DNA of 64,000 bases from Acidobacteriaceae bacterium. GTDB taxonomy: Bacteria > Acidobacteriota > Terriglobia > Terriglobales > Acidobacteriaceae. A program made the position numbers and the translations under genes. Under the pieces are notes generated by a model that was not told where the DNA came from, made no database searches, and was given only the letters and a program-made list of their open reading frames with translations. This document shows, piece after piece, positions 1 through 8,170 of this stretch. The DNA lies in NCBI GenBank assembly GCA_003151335.1, contig PLXE01000112.1, forward strand, positions 2,981 to 66,980, read 5' to 3'. Numbering within the stretch: position 1 is the stretch's first letter; each line of letters begins with the position of its first letter.

Positions 1-282
1 CAGGATGATGTTGCTGCCCGCCATCGAGCGGTCCACATCTTTCACCAGCTTGACCTCGCCACTGTGCTGCTTGGCGTTTCCATAGCTCGACACCGCAATG
101 AAATCGAGGCTGACGTCGAGCGTGATCTGCCGCGCCAGGTCGGCGAGAAAAATGGTGGCGCCCTTCAGCACTCCGATCAGGACGACCGGCTCACCGGCAA
201 AATCCTCGCTGATGTGCCGCCCTATCTCGGCCACCTTCGCCGCGATGCGTTCGCGCCCGATCAGCACCGTAAGCTTGTCCAC
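1..282 (-). CDS. hpt: hypoxanthine phosphoribosyltransferase (3' end outside window)
   Basis: The reverse-strand frame is open to the window edge. The translation ...TVLIGRERIAAKVAEIGRHISEDFAGEPVVLIGVLKGATIFLADLARQITLDVSLDFIAVSSYGNAKQHSGEVKLVKDVDRSMAGSNIIL matches the purine PRTase core (LKGxxxFxADL, SSYG, KD). The start is unresolved; GTG at 282 is plausible. It is absent from the ORF track because there is no stop in the window. Confidence 0.8.
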   Translation of the reverse strand, partial: MDKLTVLIGRERIAAKVAEIGRHISEDFAGEPVVLIGVLKGATIFLADLARQITLDVSLDFIAVSSYGNAKQHSGEVKLVKDVDRSMAGSNIIL

Positions 283-424
283 CAGTGTTCCGCCTGAGAA
301 GGGATGGAGAACTCTGGATGGTAGAGAAAACGCGCGGGAAACTCAACTGGGCGTGAGGCCGGCGTAGTGGGGCAGTTTATAAGGGCGGCCCAGCACCGAA
401 CTGAAGCGCGATCCTCGAAGCAGT

Positions 425-2809
425 CTATGGCGCGAAGTAGCTGGAGATGTCCAGAATCAATTGCGTGAGCCCGGACGCATAAACATCGACCTTTCCGTTA
501 TTGGTGGGCACGATCGCCATGTTGGAGGAGATTGACGCGTCCAGCGCGTTCAGCGTCGAGACCAAAGGCTGGTTGCTGCCGTCAGGCCACAGCGTCAGGT
601 AGCCCAGCGCGCCGACTGGCACCACACTCGCGTTGAAGACATACGCCTGCGCCAAGCTGGAGGCTGCACACCCCGCAGTCACCACATCCACCGGCGGACT
701 CAGGAGTCCGTTGAAGGCGCCGCCTGCGGTGCGAGTGTCGATGACCCTACAGGGCTGTACCCCGTACAGCGACAGTCCACCCATACCGGCCGCCGCGAAG
801 TAGCCATTGATATCAATGACCAAGTCGGTGTCGTTGGTCGGGTAAACCGAAACGTCACCACCCGTGCCGGCAACTACAATCGCGGCATCGGCGATGATCT
901 GGCCCGGGATGTCGTTCAAGGTGGAAACTGTAGGCCGGGTTTCACCGGTGGGCCACACCGTCATGTAAAACAGCGAGCCGTGGGGCACGACCGAGAAGTT
1001 CAGCGAATACGCGGCTACGCCGCTCGATGGAATGTTGCAGGTCGCGGCATCCAGTATGGGGAAGGCCCGCTCCTGGCCGGCGTTCAGGAACGGCGGTCCC
1101 AGGCCCGGGGGATAGGTATCGTGACGCGTGTCGGCGACCCGACAGGGTGGCAGCGGGTAGAAGGCCAGCGTGGAACCAGACACCGGTGCGAAGTAGCCAT
1201 TGACGTCGACGATCACATTGGTGGTGCTGGTGGCGTACACGCTGATCTGTCCGCTGGCGCCCGCCGGAATGATGGCGGCGTTGGCCTTGATGCGGCCATC
1301 CAGCGAGTTCAAGGTGGAAGCCAAGGGCCGCGGCTGTCCCGCGGGCCACACCGTCAGGTAGCCCAAAGGCCCCTGCGGAACCACCGAGACGTTCATGGAA
1401 TAGGCGGCTGCGGAAGGCAGAGTGGCGCAGCTGCCCGCGCCGGAAATGGGGAAGTTCTGGAGTATACCACCCTGAATCGGGCCCCCACCGCCGCGCTCCG
1501 GCCGGGTATCGACCGCACGACACGGCTGACTCAGCGGAACAAATTGCAGTGCGGTGCGAGGTGTGCCATCAATAACTGAGACCGTGGCGTCTTGACCATT
1601 AGCGACGTAAATTCTGTTGGTCACGGAGTTGACGGCCACGCCGTCGGAGGCATTTCCGACGTCAACGTTGGTGGTCGCGAGGGTGGCCCCGTCAATCACC
1701 GTCACCGTTCCACCGCCACAGTTGGGGATTTTGCCGCCGCAATTTGCCACGTAGATCTTGTTGCTCTGGGAATCGACCGCCAGGTCAATGGGATAGTACC
1801 CCACGGTGACCGTCGTAGTGTTATTGGTAGCGCCATCGATGACCGTGATGGTTCCGGCGCTGTTGCAAGTGGGATCGTTGCCACAGCCGTTTTCCACGTA
1901 GATCTTGTTGGTTATGGGATTAACGGCCACATGATACGGCGAAATCTCTGCGGAGACGGTTTGGGTGGAAAGGGTCGCCCCGTCGATCACCGTCACTGTT
2001 CCCGGAACGCCACCACCAAAGAAGCAGCCGGGAACGTTACCACAACTATTGTCCACGTAGATCTTGTTGGTTGCGGAGTTAACGGCCACAAAGTTGGGGG
2101 AAGCGCCGGAAATGACGGTTTGGGTGGAAAGGGTAGCCCCGTCGATCACCGTCACTGTTCCAGGGCTCTGGCATCCGGAATCGTTGCCGCAAAAGTTGTC
2201 CACGTAGATCTTGTTCGTCACCGAGTTGACCGCTACCTCCGAGGGGAAAATGCCAACTGTGATGGTGTCAGTGGAAAGCGTCGCCCCATCGATCACCGTC
2301 ACCGTTCCGGGGCCGCGATAGCCCTCGCACGAGGGAGACGAGCCAAACACATTGACGACGTAGATTTTGTTCGTGACGGAGTTAACCGCCAGATTCCGAG
2401 GGCAACTTCCAACCGTGACGGTTTGGGTAGTAAGCGTGGCCCCGTCGATCACCGTGACCGTTCCGGGGATCTGGCAGTCATAAAGGATGCCGCAACGGTT
2501 GACAACATAGATCTTATTGGTCACAGAATTGACCGCCATGGCATACGGTTCAAAGGCTACCGCGACGGTTTGTGTCGCCAGCGTAGTGCCGTCTATTGCA
2601 GTCACAGTTCCGCTGTAGGTTAGGCAAGTGGGGTCGTTGCCGCAGAAGTTAACCACATAGGTCTTGTTGGTAACAGGATTAACCGCTATAGCGCCGGGAG
2701 CATTCCCTACCGGTACCGTCGCGATTACAACCTGTGCGACGGTGGACGGCAATGCGATGGCAAGACTGAATACGAGGAGAACTAGGTGGAAACTGGGCAT
2801 GTTCCGCAT
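425..2809 (-). CDS. secreted YVTN-family beta-propeller repeat protein with three C-terminal ~120-aa modules
   Basis: 794-aa ORF with a signal peptide (MRNMPSFHLVLLVFSLAIALPSTVAQ). It has eight ~50-aa units with the motif (V/L)AVNxxTNKIYVxN...GTVTVIDGATL, followed by three tandem modules (PCRxxDTR...VVP...GYLTVWP...STLN...NGYFA). Confidence 0.75.
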   Translation of the reverse strand: MRNMPSFHLVLLVFSLAIALPSTVAQVVIATVPVGNAPGAIAVNPVTNKTYVVNFCGNDPTCLTYSGTVTAIDGTTLATQTVAVAFEPYAMAVNSVTNKIYVVNRCGILYDCQIPGTVTVIDGATLTTQTVTVGSCPRNLAVNSVTNKIYVVNVFGSSPSCEGYRGPGTVTVIDGATLSTDTITVGIFPSEVAVNSVTNKIYVDNFCGNDSGCQSPGTVTVIDGATLSTQTVISGASPNFVAVNSATNKIYVDNSCGNVPGCFFGGGVPGTVTVIDGATLSTQTVSAEISPYHVAVNPITNKIYVENGCGNDPTCNSAGTITVIDGATNNTTTVTVGYYPIDLAVDSQSNKIYVANCGGKIPNCGGGTVTVIDGATLATTNVDVGNASDGVAVNSVTNRIYVANGQDATVSVIDGTPRTALQFVPLSQPCRAVDTRPERGGGGPIQGGILQNFPISGAGSCATLPSAAAYSMNVSVVPQGPLGYLTVWPAGQPRPLASTLNSLDGRIKANAAIIPAGASGQISVYATSTTNVIVDVNGYFAPVSGSTLAFYPLPPCRVADTRHDTYPPGLGPPFLNAGQERAFPILDAATCNIPSSGVAAYSLNFSVVPHGSLFYMTVWPTGETRPTVSTLNDIPGQIIADAAIVVAGTGGDVSVYPTNDTDLVIDINGYFAAAGMGGLSLYGVQPCRVIDTRTAGGAFNGLLSPPVDVVTAGCAASSLAQAYVFNASVVPVGALGYLTLWPDGSNQPLVSTLNALDASISSNMAIVPTNNGKVDVYASGLTQLILDISSYFAP

Positions 2810-2970
2810 GGGCTTCTCTCCCTGGGAAATCCGCTACGTCCGGGTCATGTCAGATCATATTTGAACGCGGGAACAAGCTTAGTATGTGACGCCAATCACA
2901 GCGGATTGGTAGGTGGTTCGGATCGGTTGCCACTTAAGCTAGTTTGGCGCGTGGCCCGCCCTAACATTCT

Positions 2971-3130
2971 GCGGGCGCCCACCCAAGTTGCTTTTGCTTG
3001 GGTGGGGTAGTTCCGTGAACCTCAGTCTCAACGGCATCCCCATTGGCTCGCGCTTCCGTCCGGTTCGGGAAGCGCTGTGATCGAAAGAGAAAATCCCTAT
3101 CCAAGCAAGACCAGCTTGGATGGGGCACCC
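2971..3130. repeat. bipartite hairpin element, copy A
   Basis: Module 2 at 2971-3020 is gcgggcgcccacccaagttgcttttgcttgggtggggtagttccgtgaac. Module 1 at 3090-3130 is aaaatccctatccaagcaagaccagcttggatggggcaccc, a 12-bp palindromic stem. The motif ggatggggcaccc recurs at 3168-3179. Confidence 0.75.
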
Positions 3131-3190
3131 ATTTCTTGTTTCCACCCTTTCGCCAAAGCGGCGAAAGGATGGGGCACCCGATTAGAGGAA

Positions 3191-3240
3191 CAGCAGGTCC
3201 CTCGACTCACCCGCTGAAGCGGGTTCGCTCGGGATGACAA
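3191..3240. repeat. REP-like element (GTCATYMCGAGCG...GAGGRAYCTGC family), reverse orientation
   Basis: Sequence is cagcaggtccctcgactcacccgctgaagcgggttcgctcgggatgacaa. Its termini match copies at 13185, 15649, 25101 and 47073. It contains an internal hairpin with a TGAA loop. Confidence 0.6.
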
Positions 3241-3567
3241 GCGAAAGGAAATGGAAGGGCGGGCCATCCGCCCGGTCACAATCGGTTGTGATGCAAGTCA
3301 TCGCCATGCCAGTAGAAGGTGGGAAACACTGGGTTCGCGATCAGCGGGCTTTTCTTTGGGGGTACGGAGGAAATTCACACAGTAACCTGACATTCCATGC
3401 CGCGGGTAATCTTTACGGAAGAGCGTCAACGGGCGGCACAAAACAAGAAGCTTGTTGTCTGGGAGATCACGTCGTAAACTCTGCTGGCCAGCAATATCGG
3501 CCGCTGGCGAACTCCCGATGGGCGAATGTCGGGGAGCGCAATTGAGAATGGGTGAAGGGGACAGCGC

Positions 3568-4065
3568 ATGAACATCTTCAGGTTGGTTGGCAACCATGGC
3601 AAAGAAGTCACCCGAGTTTTGCTTGCAGCTTTGCTTTTGGCGCTGCCACTCCCCGCCATGGCGGTGCTGGGCGACAACGCCGCGTCGGTGCTGACCGACC
3701 AGGCCCGCATGAAGGGAACTTTGCGCAGTGTGGACAATGGCACGTACGTGATGCACGAAATCACCTCGGGCGCCGGAACCGTGGTGCGGGAATTCGTGTC
3801 GCCGGCGGGAGTAGTATTCGGGGTCGCCTGGGAAGGACAATTTCCGCCTGATCTGCAGCAGCTCCTTGGTCCCTACTATCAGCAGGCGCAGCGGGCGGAG
3901 CAGGCGGGAACGCAGGAGCAGCAACCGCGCCGCAGCCGCGCTCCGGTCGTGATCAAGACCCCCGGTCTGGTGCTGTACGAGACTGGGCACATGCGGAGTT
4001 TCCACGGACAGGCCTACATTCCTCAACTGGTGCCACAAGGTGTTCAGGTCAGCGAAATCCATTGA
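3568..4065 (+). CDS. DUF2844-like small exported protein
   Basis: 165 aa with a signal peptide (LLAALLLALPLPAMA). The core GTYVMHEITSGAGTVVREFVSPAGVVFGVAWEGQFPPDLQQLLGPYY resembles the DUF2844 family as I remember it. It lies directly upstream of a DUF3443-like gene. Confidence 0.55.
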   Translation: MNIFRLVGNHGKEVTRVLLAALLLALPLPAMAVLGDNAASVLTDQARMKGTLRSVDNGTYVMHEITSGAGTVVREFVSPAGVVFGVAWEGQFPPDLQQLLGPYYQQAQRAEQAGTQEQQPRRSRAPVVIKTPGLVLYETGHMRSFHGQAYIPQLVPQGVQVSEIH

Positions 4066-4160
4066 GGAGACGACACCGCGCGATATGGTTTACCCCACAC
4101 CGTCGCCGTGAAATTCCCCAAGTCCCGAGTCGCGAGCAACTCTAGAAAGGAAGACATCGA

Positions 4161-5684
4161 ATGACAGGCCGCCCCGGTTGGTTTCTTGCCGTTCAGAAAT
4201 TTGCGTGGTGTGTCGCACCACTTTTGGCCGTGTGTCTGGTCGGCTGCGGCGGTTCCGAATACCGCTTTCCCGGTCATAAACCGCAACCGGCGGTCACGGG
4301 TGTGACGGTAGTGTGCTCGCCAGCAACCATCCAACCCAATCAAACCAGTCAGTGTTCGGCAACGGTGGTGGGCCAGGGCAGTTTCAATCCGACGGTTGAA
4401 TGGAGCGCAAGCGCGGGTCAGATTTCGACGGCAGGCTTATTTACGGCGCCATCGTTGCCGACATCGGTGACCATAACCGCCACCTCAATATGGGACCGAA
4501 CCAAGTCGGGGACGTTCACCATCACCGTGGGTAATTCGACGACCAGCAACGTGGCGCCCATTGTGGTGGACGCGGGGCCGGCGCCCCAAACCTTCATCAC
4601 TGCGAATGTAGCTTTCGTTACGGTGACGGTTTGTGTTCCGGGGACCACCACCTGTCAAAACATTGACCACGTGCAGGTGGATACAGGATCTTCCGGACTG
4701 CGCCTTTTGTCGTCCGCAAGTGGCGGCGAATTGGGCATCACGCTCCCCAATGAACCAGACTCCAGCGGGAATCCGCTGCTGGAGTGCGCGCTGTTCGGGA
4801 GCGGCTATGCCTGGGGAAACGTAGCTCAAGCAGACATTACCGTGGCGGGCGAAATGGCGTCAGCGGCGCCGGTGCAAGTGATCATCCCCTCGACCAGTTC
4901 GCCGCCGGTGCCGGCAAGCTGCTCCAGCCAAACCACGCAGCCGAACATTGGCGACAGCGTGCAAGCTCTGGGCGCCAACGGCATTCTCGGTGTCGGACTG
5001 TTTCAACAGGACTGCGGTCTGGCCTGTACCACAGCCAATAGAACCATTCCACCCGTGTATTACGATTGCCGGACGTTCGGCTGCAATCCGACGTATGTCA
5101 CTCTCGCACAGGAGGTGACGAACCCAGTCACTTTATTCGCCACTGACAAAAACGGGGTGCTGATTGAATTGCCAGCCGTGCCTAACGGAGGTTCGCCGAA
5201 TCCCAGCGGCAGCCTGGTCTTTGGCATCGGGACCCAAGCTAACAATGGCCTGGGAAGCGTCACCGTTTACACCGTGCCCGACAGCGGGACAAACGCCGGT
5301 GACATCACGACCACGTTTAATGGGACGAGCTATCCAGCAAGCTTCATCGACAGCGGTTCCAACGGGATTGTTTTCCTCGACACCGCAACCACCGGCATAC
5401 CGCTGTGCGCCATCCCGAACGACTCCTGGTATTGCCCCAACACGTCCCCGGATAACCTCTCAGCCGTAAACCAGGGCGCCAATGGAAATCACGGCACCGT
5501 CAATTTCAGCATTGAAGATGCGACCACGCTGTTTATCGGCGGCAATACAGCCTTCAGCACTCTGGGAGGACCATTTCCAGGCTTGTTCGATTGGGGATTG
5601 ACGTTTTTCTTTGGCCGCAACATGTTTACCGCGATCGAGAACATGGACACTCCCGGGGGCCCCGGGCCGTACTACGCATATTGA
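4161..5684 (+). CDS. DUF3443-like lipoprotein with Big_2 domain and pepsin-like DTGSS / GILGVG / DSGS motifs
   Basis: 507 aa with lipobox LVGC. An Ig-like segment (VTGVTVVCSPATIQPNQTSQCSATVVG...) is followed by VTVCVPGTTTCQNIDHVQVDTGSSGLRL (Asp codon 4680-4682), ANGILGVGLF and ASFIDSGSNGIVFLD (Asp codon 5349-5351). Confidence 0.7.
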   Translation: MTGRPGWFLAVQKFAWCVAPLLAVCLVGCGGSEYRFPGHKPQPAVTGVTVVCSPATIQPNQTSQCSATVVGQGSFNPTVEWSASAGQISTAGLFTAPSLPTSVTITATSIWDRTKSGTFTITVGNSTTSNVAPIVVDAGPAPQTFITANVAFVTVTVCVPGTTTCQNIDHVQVDTGSSGLRLLSSASGGELGITLPNEPDSSGNPLLECALFGSGYAWGNVAQADITVAGEMASAAPVQVIIPSTSSPPVPASCSSQTTQPNIGDSVQALGANGILGVGLFQQDCGLACTTANRTIPPVYYDCRTFGCNPTYVTLAQEVTNPVTLFATDKNGVLIELPAVPNGGSPNPSGSLVFGIGTQANNGLGSVTVYTVPDSGTNAGDITTTFNGTSYPASFIDSGSNGIVFLDTATTGIPLCAIPNDSWYCPNTSPDNLSAVNQGANGNHGTVNFSIEDATTLFIGGNTAFSTLGGPFPGLFDWGLTFFFGRNMFTAIENMDTPGGPGPYYAY

Positions 5685-5829
5685 CTTGGTGGGTGTGGCG
5701 CGTCCAAGCTGCGCGGAAGTCGAAGGTTTCCCGGCATCTCGGCGATCCGTCAATGGACCGGCTTGGATGGGCACGCGGCTCGAGAATCGCGGCTCCGGCC
5801 ATGCGGGAGTCATGGACGGGCTGCCAAAA

Positions 5830-6252
5830 TCACTTGGTTGGATCCGCCGGTTTAGCGGGCTCGGAAGGTGGCGCGGCTTTCAGCTTGGCCAGCGCTTCAT
5901 CCACACGCTTCTTAAAGTCACCCTGGTCGTTGTGCGAAAGCCCACTATACATCGACACAACACTCATCTCGCACGTGGTACCAGTCGGCAACAAGCTGAC
6001 GCGGTTTTTGCCCTGGTTGACCGCTCCGATAACGGACATATGAATGGAGTGTTTTACATTGTAGTCCGCAGTCATTTTGTCCTCGTCACTCTGCACGTCT
6101 TTGTAGTTGTCCGGATTGCCAAGGGCAACTTTGACCGCGCCCCACACTTCACTGCAAGGAACGGGATAGGTAGTCTTGTAAGTCTTGTTGCCGGCACCGA
6201 ACGCCGGCACAGCAACAGCAAGCGACATTAAGGCAACCACTGCAAATTTCAT
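5830..6252 (-). CDS. hypothetical small secreted protein
   Basis: ATG at 6252 is preceded by GGAGAA. There is a signal peptide, MKFAVVALMSLAVAVPAFGA. No family recognised. The longer ORF start at 6354 lacks a signal peptide. Confidence 0.5.
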   Translation of the reverse strand: MKFAVVALMSLAVAVPAFGAGNKTYKTTYPVPCSEVWGAVKVALGNPDNYKDVQSDEDKMTADYNVKHSIHMSVIGAVNQGKNRVSLLPTGTTCEMSVVSMYSGLSHNDQGDFKKRVDEALAKLKAAPPSEPAKPADPTK

Positions 6253-6473
6253 CTTGTTCTCCTTGGCCGTACGGCCGGAATCGAATCGACCTCTGGGACG
6301 GGCGACGGGGAGAGGGCAACGCAAAGGTTTGTTGCTCGCTGCTTGGCGCGCCACGCTGGATGAGAAAAAGGCCTGGGATCCCCCTCCGGGTCACGAAGAG
6401 ATTCTCATTCTATCGATTGGCGTTTGTCAGTGACAGGTAACGCACCAGGAAGTGATAGCCGGGAATACGCGGC

Positions 6474-6557
6474 CCCGAGTTACTCATCCTCGAATCGCAC
6501 ATGGCGACAGGAGACGAAGAATCCCCATCCAAGCAAAACCAGCTTGGATGGGGCAAC
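6474..6557. repeat. bipartite hairpin element, copy B (partial)
   Basis: The box ccccgagttactcatcctcg (6474-6491) matches 8045-8064. Module 1, gaatccccatccaagcaaaaccagcttggatggggcaacc (6518-6557), is present. Module 2 is absent. Confidence 0.7.
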
Positions 6558-6640
6558 CGCCTCGATGAGGACGAGAAGGTGAAAATTTAAACGGGCTATT
6601 AGGGGACACCTCAACTTCATCAGAATGCAACAGTTGAATG

Positions 6641-7918
6641 CTATTTCGCGGCTGCTACCTCCACTCGCGCGAGCGCTTCCAGCCGCGACAACCGCTGCTG
6701 TAGCGTGGCATTCTGCACTTGCAATTGTTGTTTGAGGTCCTCGATTTCCCGCTGCTGCGCTTTGATCAGCTCAGCCTGAGCTTCGGTGCGGTGATACTGC
6801 TTCTGCACTTCGTTGAGCAGCATGGTGGCCAGATACTGATAGCACACGGTATACGGCTTGCCGTCGTTGTCGTAGGCGACAAGGTCGGGATAGACCTTCG
6901 CCACTTCTTCCGCAATCAAACCGTACTGCAAGGTACGTTCGCCGTTGGCGTACGCGGGCTTATAGAGGAAAGTTACCGGCCGCAGCTTCATCAAGGCGTC
7001 GCTGCTGTCGCCCATGTCGCGCACCTGCTCCTTAAAGCGTAGCGAGGAGGGCGAAGTTCCGAGTTGTCCGAGGGAGTTGACATAGACCGGAATACCTGAG
7101 GATGCGGTTGAACCGTAGATGCCGGCAATGTAAGCAGTGCCTTGAAAGTTCGGATCCCCGATCCGGATGGCATTGAATTCGGTGCCCGAAGTTGGGCCCT
7201 CGTTTCCAATGTAGATGTCGCTGCTGCCGGTGGTGTTGTTGAAGCCAGCGTTAAGGCCTAAGAAGGTGTTGTCCGAACCGGTGGCGTTGTTGATGCCAGC
7301 GTTACCGCCCGAGAAGGTGTTGTCCGAACCGGTGGTGTTGCTGTAGCCAGCCTGCCAGCCGGAGAAGGTGTTCGCGAGGCCGGTAGTGTTGCTGGTGCCG
7401 GTCTGGTAGCCGTAGAAGGTATTCGCGGCACCGGTAGTATTGCGTAAGCCGGCGATGGCGCCCGAGAAGGTGTTCTGGAAACCGGTGGTGTTGCTGGAGC
7501 CACTGAAACCGCCGTAGAAGGCATTCGCGTAACCGGTCGTGTTGCTGGAGCCAGACAGGTAGCCGGAAAAGGTGTTGTTTACTCCCTGCCCTGCAACGTC
7601 ACTAGCACCTGCCCCCACGCCGAGAAATAAGTTGGAGTCAGCCGGACTGCCGATACTCACGACCCGACTCCCGCCGATCTGGTAGCTCGTGCCCGCGTTA
7701 AAGACGTTAGCGGTCCCAGTACCGTCAATGTTGAAGTCGGCGGACTTCTGTTGGTAGCGCCCCAGACCGTACGTGTTCTGGATGAAGCACAGTGCAGTGT
7801 TACAAGGCTGGCCCGCCGGGTTGGAGGTTTGTGGTTGGGACTTTTGTTGGGCTGAACTCATGCAGACTAGCAACAAGGTAGCCAGAGCGATAACGATGCT
7901 GGTGCTGATGCGGCGCAT
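6641..7918 (-). CDS. secreted tail-fibre-like repeat protein with C-terminal S74 intramolecular-chaperone domain
   Basis: 425 aa with a signal peptide. It has many NTFSG/NTTG ~14-aa repeats. The C-terminus SSLRFKEQVRDMGDSSDALMKLRPVTFLYK...YGLIAEEVAKVYPDLV...YQYLATMLLNEVQKQ plus a coiled coil matches the Peptidase_S74 chaperone-of-endosialidase pattern. Confidence 0.75.
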   Translation of the reverse strand: MRRISTSIVIALATLLLVCMSSAQQKSQPQTSNPAGQPCNTALCFIQNTYGLGRYQQKSADFNIDGTGTANVFNAGTSYQIGGSRVVSIGSPADSNLFLGVGAGASDVAGQGVNNTFSGYLSGSSNTTGYANAFYGGFSGSSNTTGFQNTFSGAIAGLRNTTGAANTFYGYQTGTSNTTGLANTFSGWQAGYSNTTGSDNTFSGGNAGINNATGSDNTFLGLNAGFNNTTGSSDIYIGNEGPTSGTEFNAIRIGDPNFQGTAYIAGIYGSTASSGIPVYVNSLGQLGTSPSSLRFKEQVRDMGDSSDALMKLRPVTFLYKPAYANGERTLQYGLIAEEVAKVYPDLVAYDNDGKPYTVCYQYLATMLLNEVQKQYHRTEAQAELIKAQQREIEDLKQQLQVQNATLQQRLSRLEALARVEVAAAK

Positions 7919-7966
7919 GGTACGTCTCCTTTCGTGTGATCGAATTTATGGACACCGTGGGATCGT

Positions 7967-8137
7967 GCGGGTGCCCACCCAAGCTTTTTCTGCTTGGGGT
8001 AGTTCTGTAACTTTCACGGACAACGAATGCCGCGAGCACGCCGCCCCGATTTACTCATCCTCGCCCGCCGCGGCGGGCACACCCCGACATGAAACCAAAA
8101 TCCCCATCCAAGCAAAACCAGCTTGGACGGGGCACCC
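7967..8137. repeat. bipartite hairpin element, copy C
   Basis: Module 2 at 7967-8011 is gcgggtgcccacccaagctttttctgcttggggtagttctgtaac. The box ccccgatttactcatcctcg lies at 8045-8064. Module 1 at 8097-8137 is aaaatccccatccaagcaaaaccagcttggacggggcaccc. Confidence 0.75.
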
Positions 8138-8170
8138 TCACGATGGTAGCCTGGGCCACCCGCCAGGCCG

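Noticed and set aside
3298-4062. 254-aa reverse-strand ORF overlapping the DUF2844-like gene
   Set aside because: It is antisense to a gene with a signal peptide, a ribosome-binding site and a recognisable family. The translation is Arg/Leu/His-rich low-complexity sequence, typical of GC-rich shadow frames.
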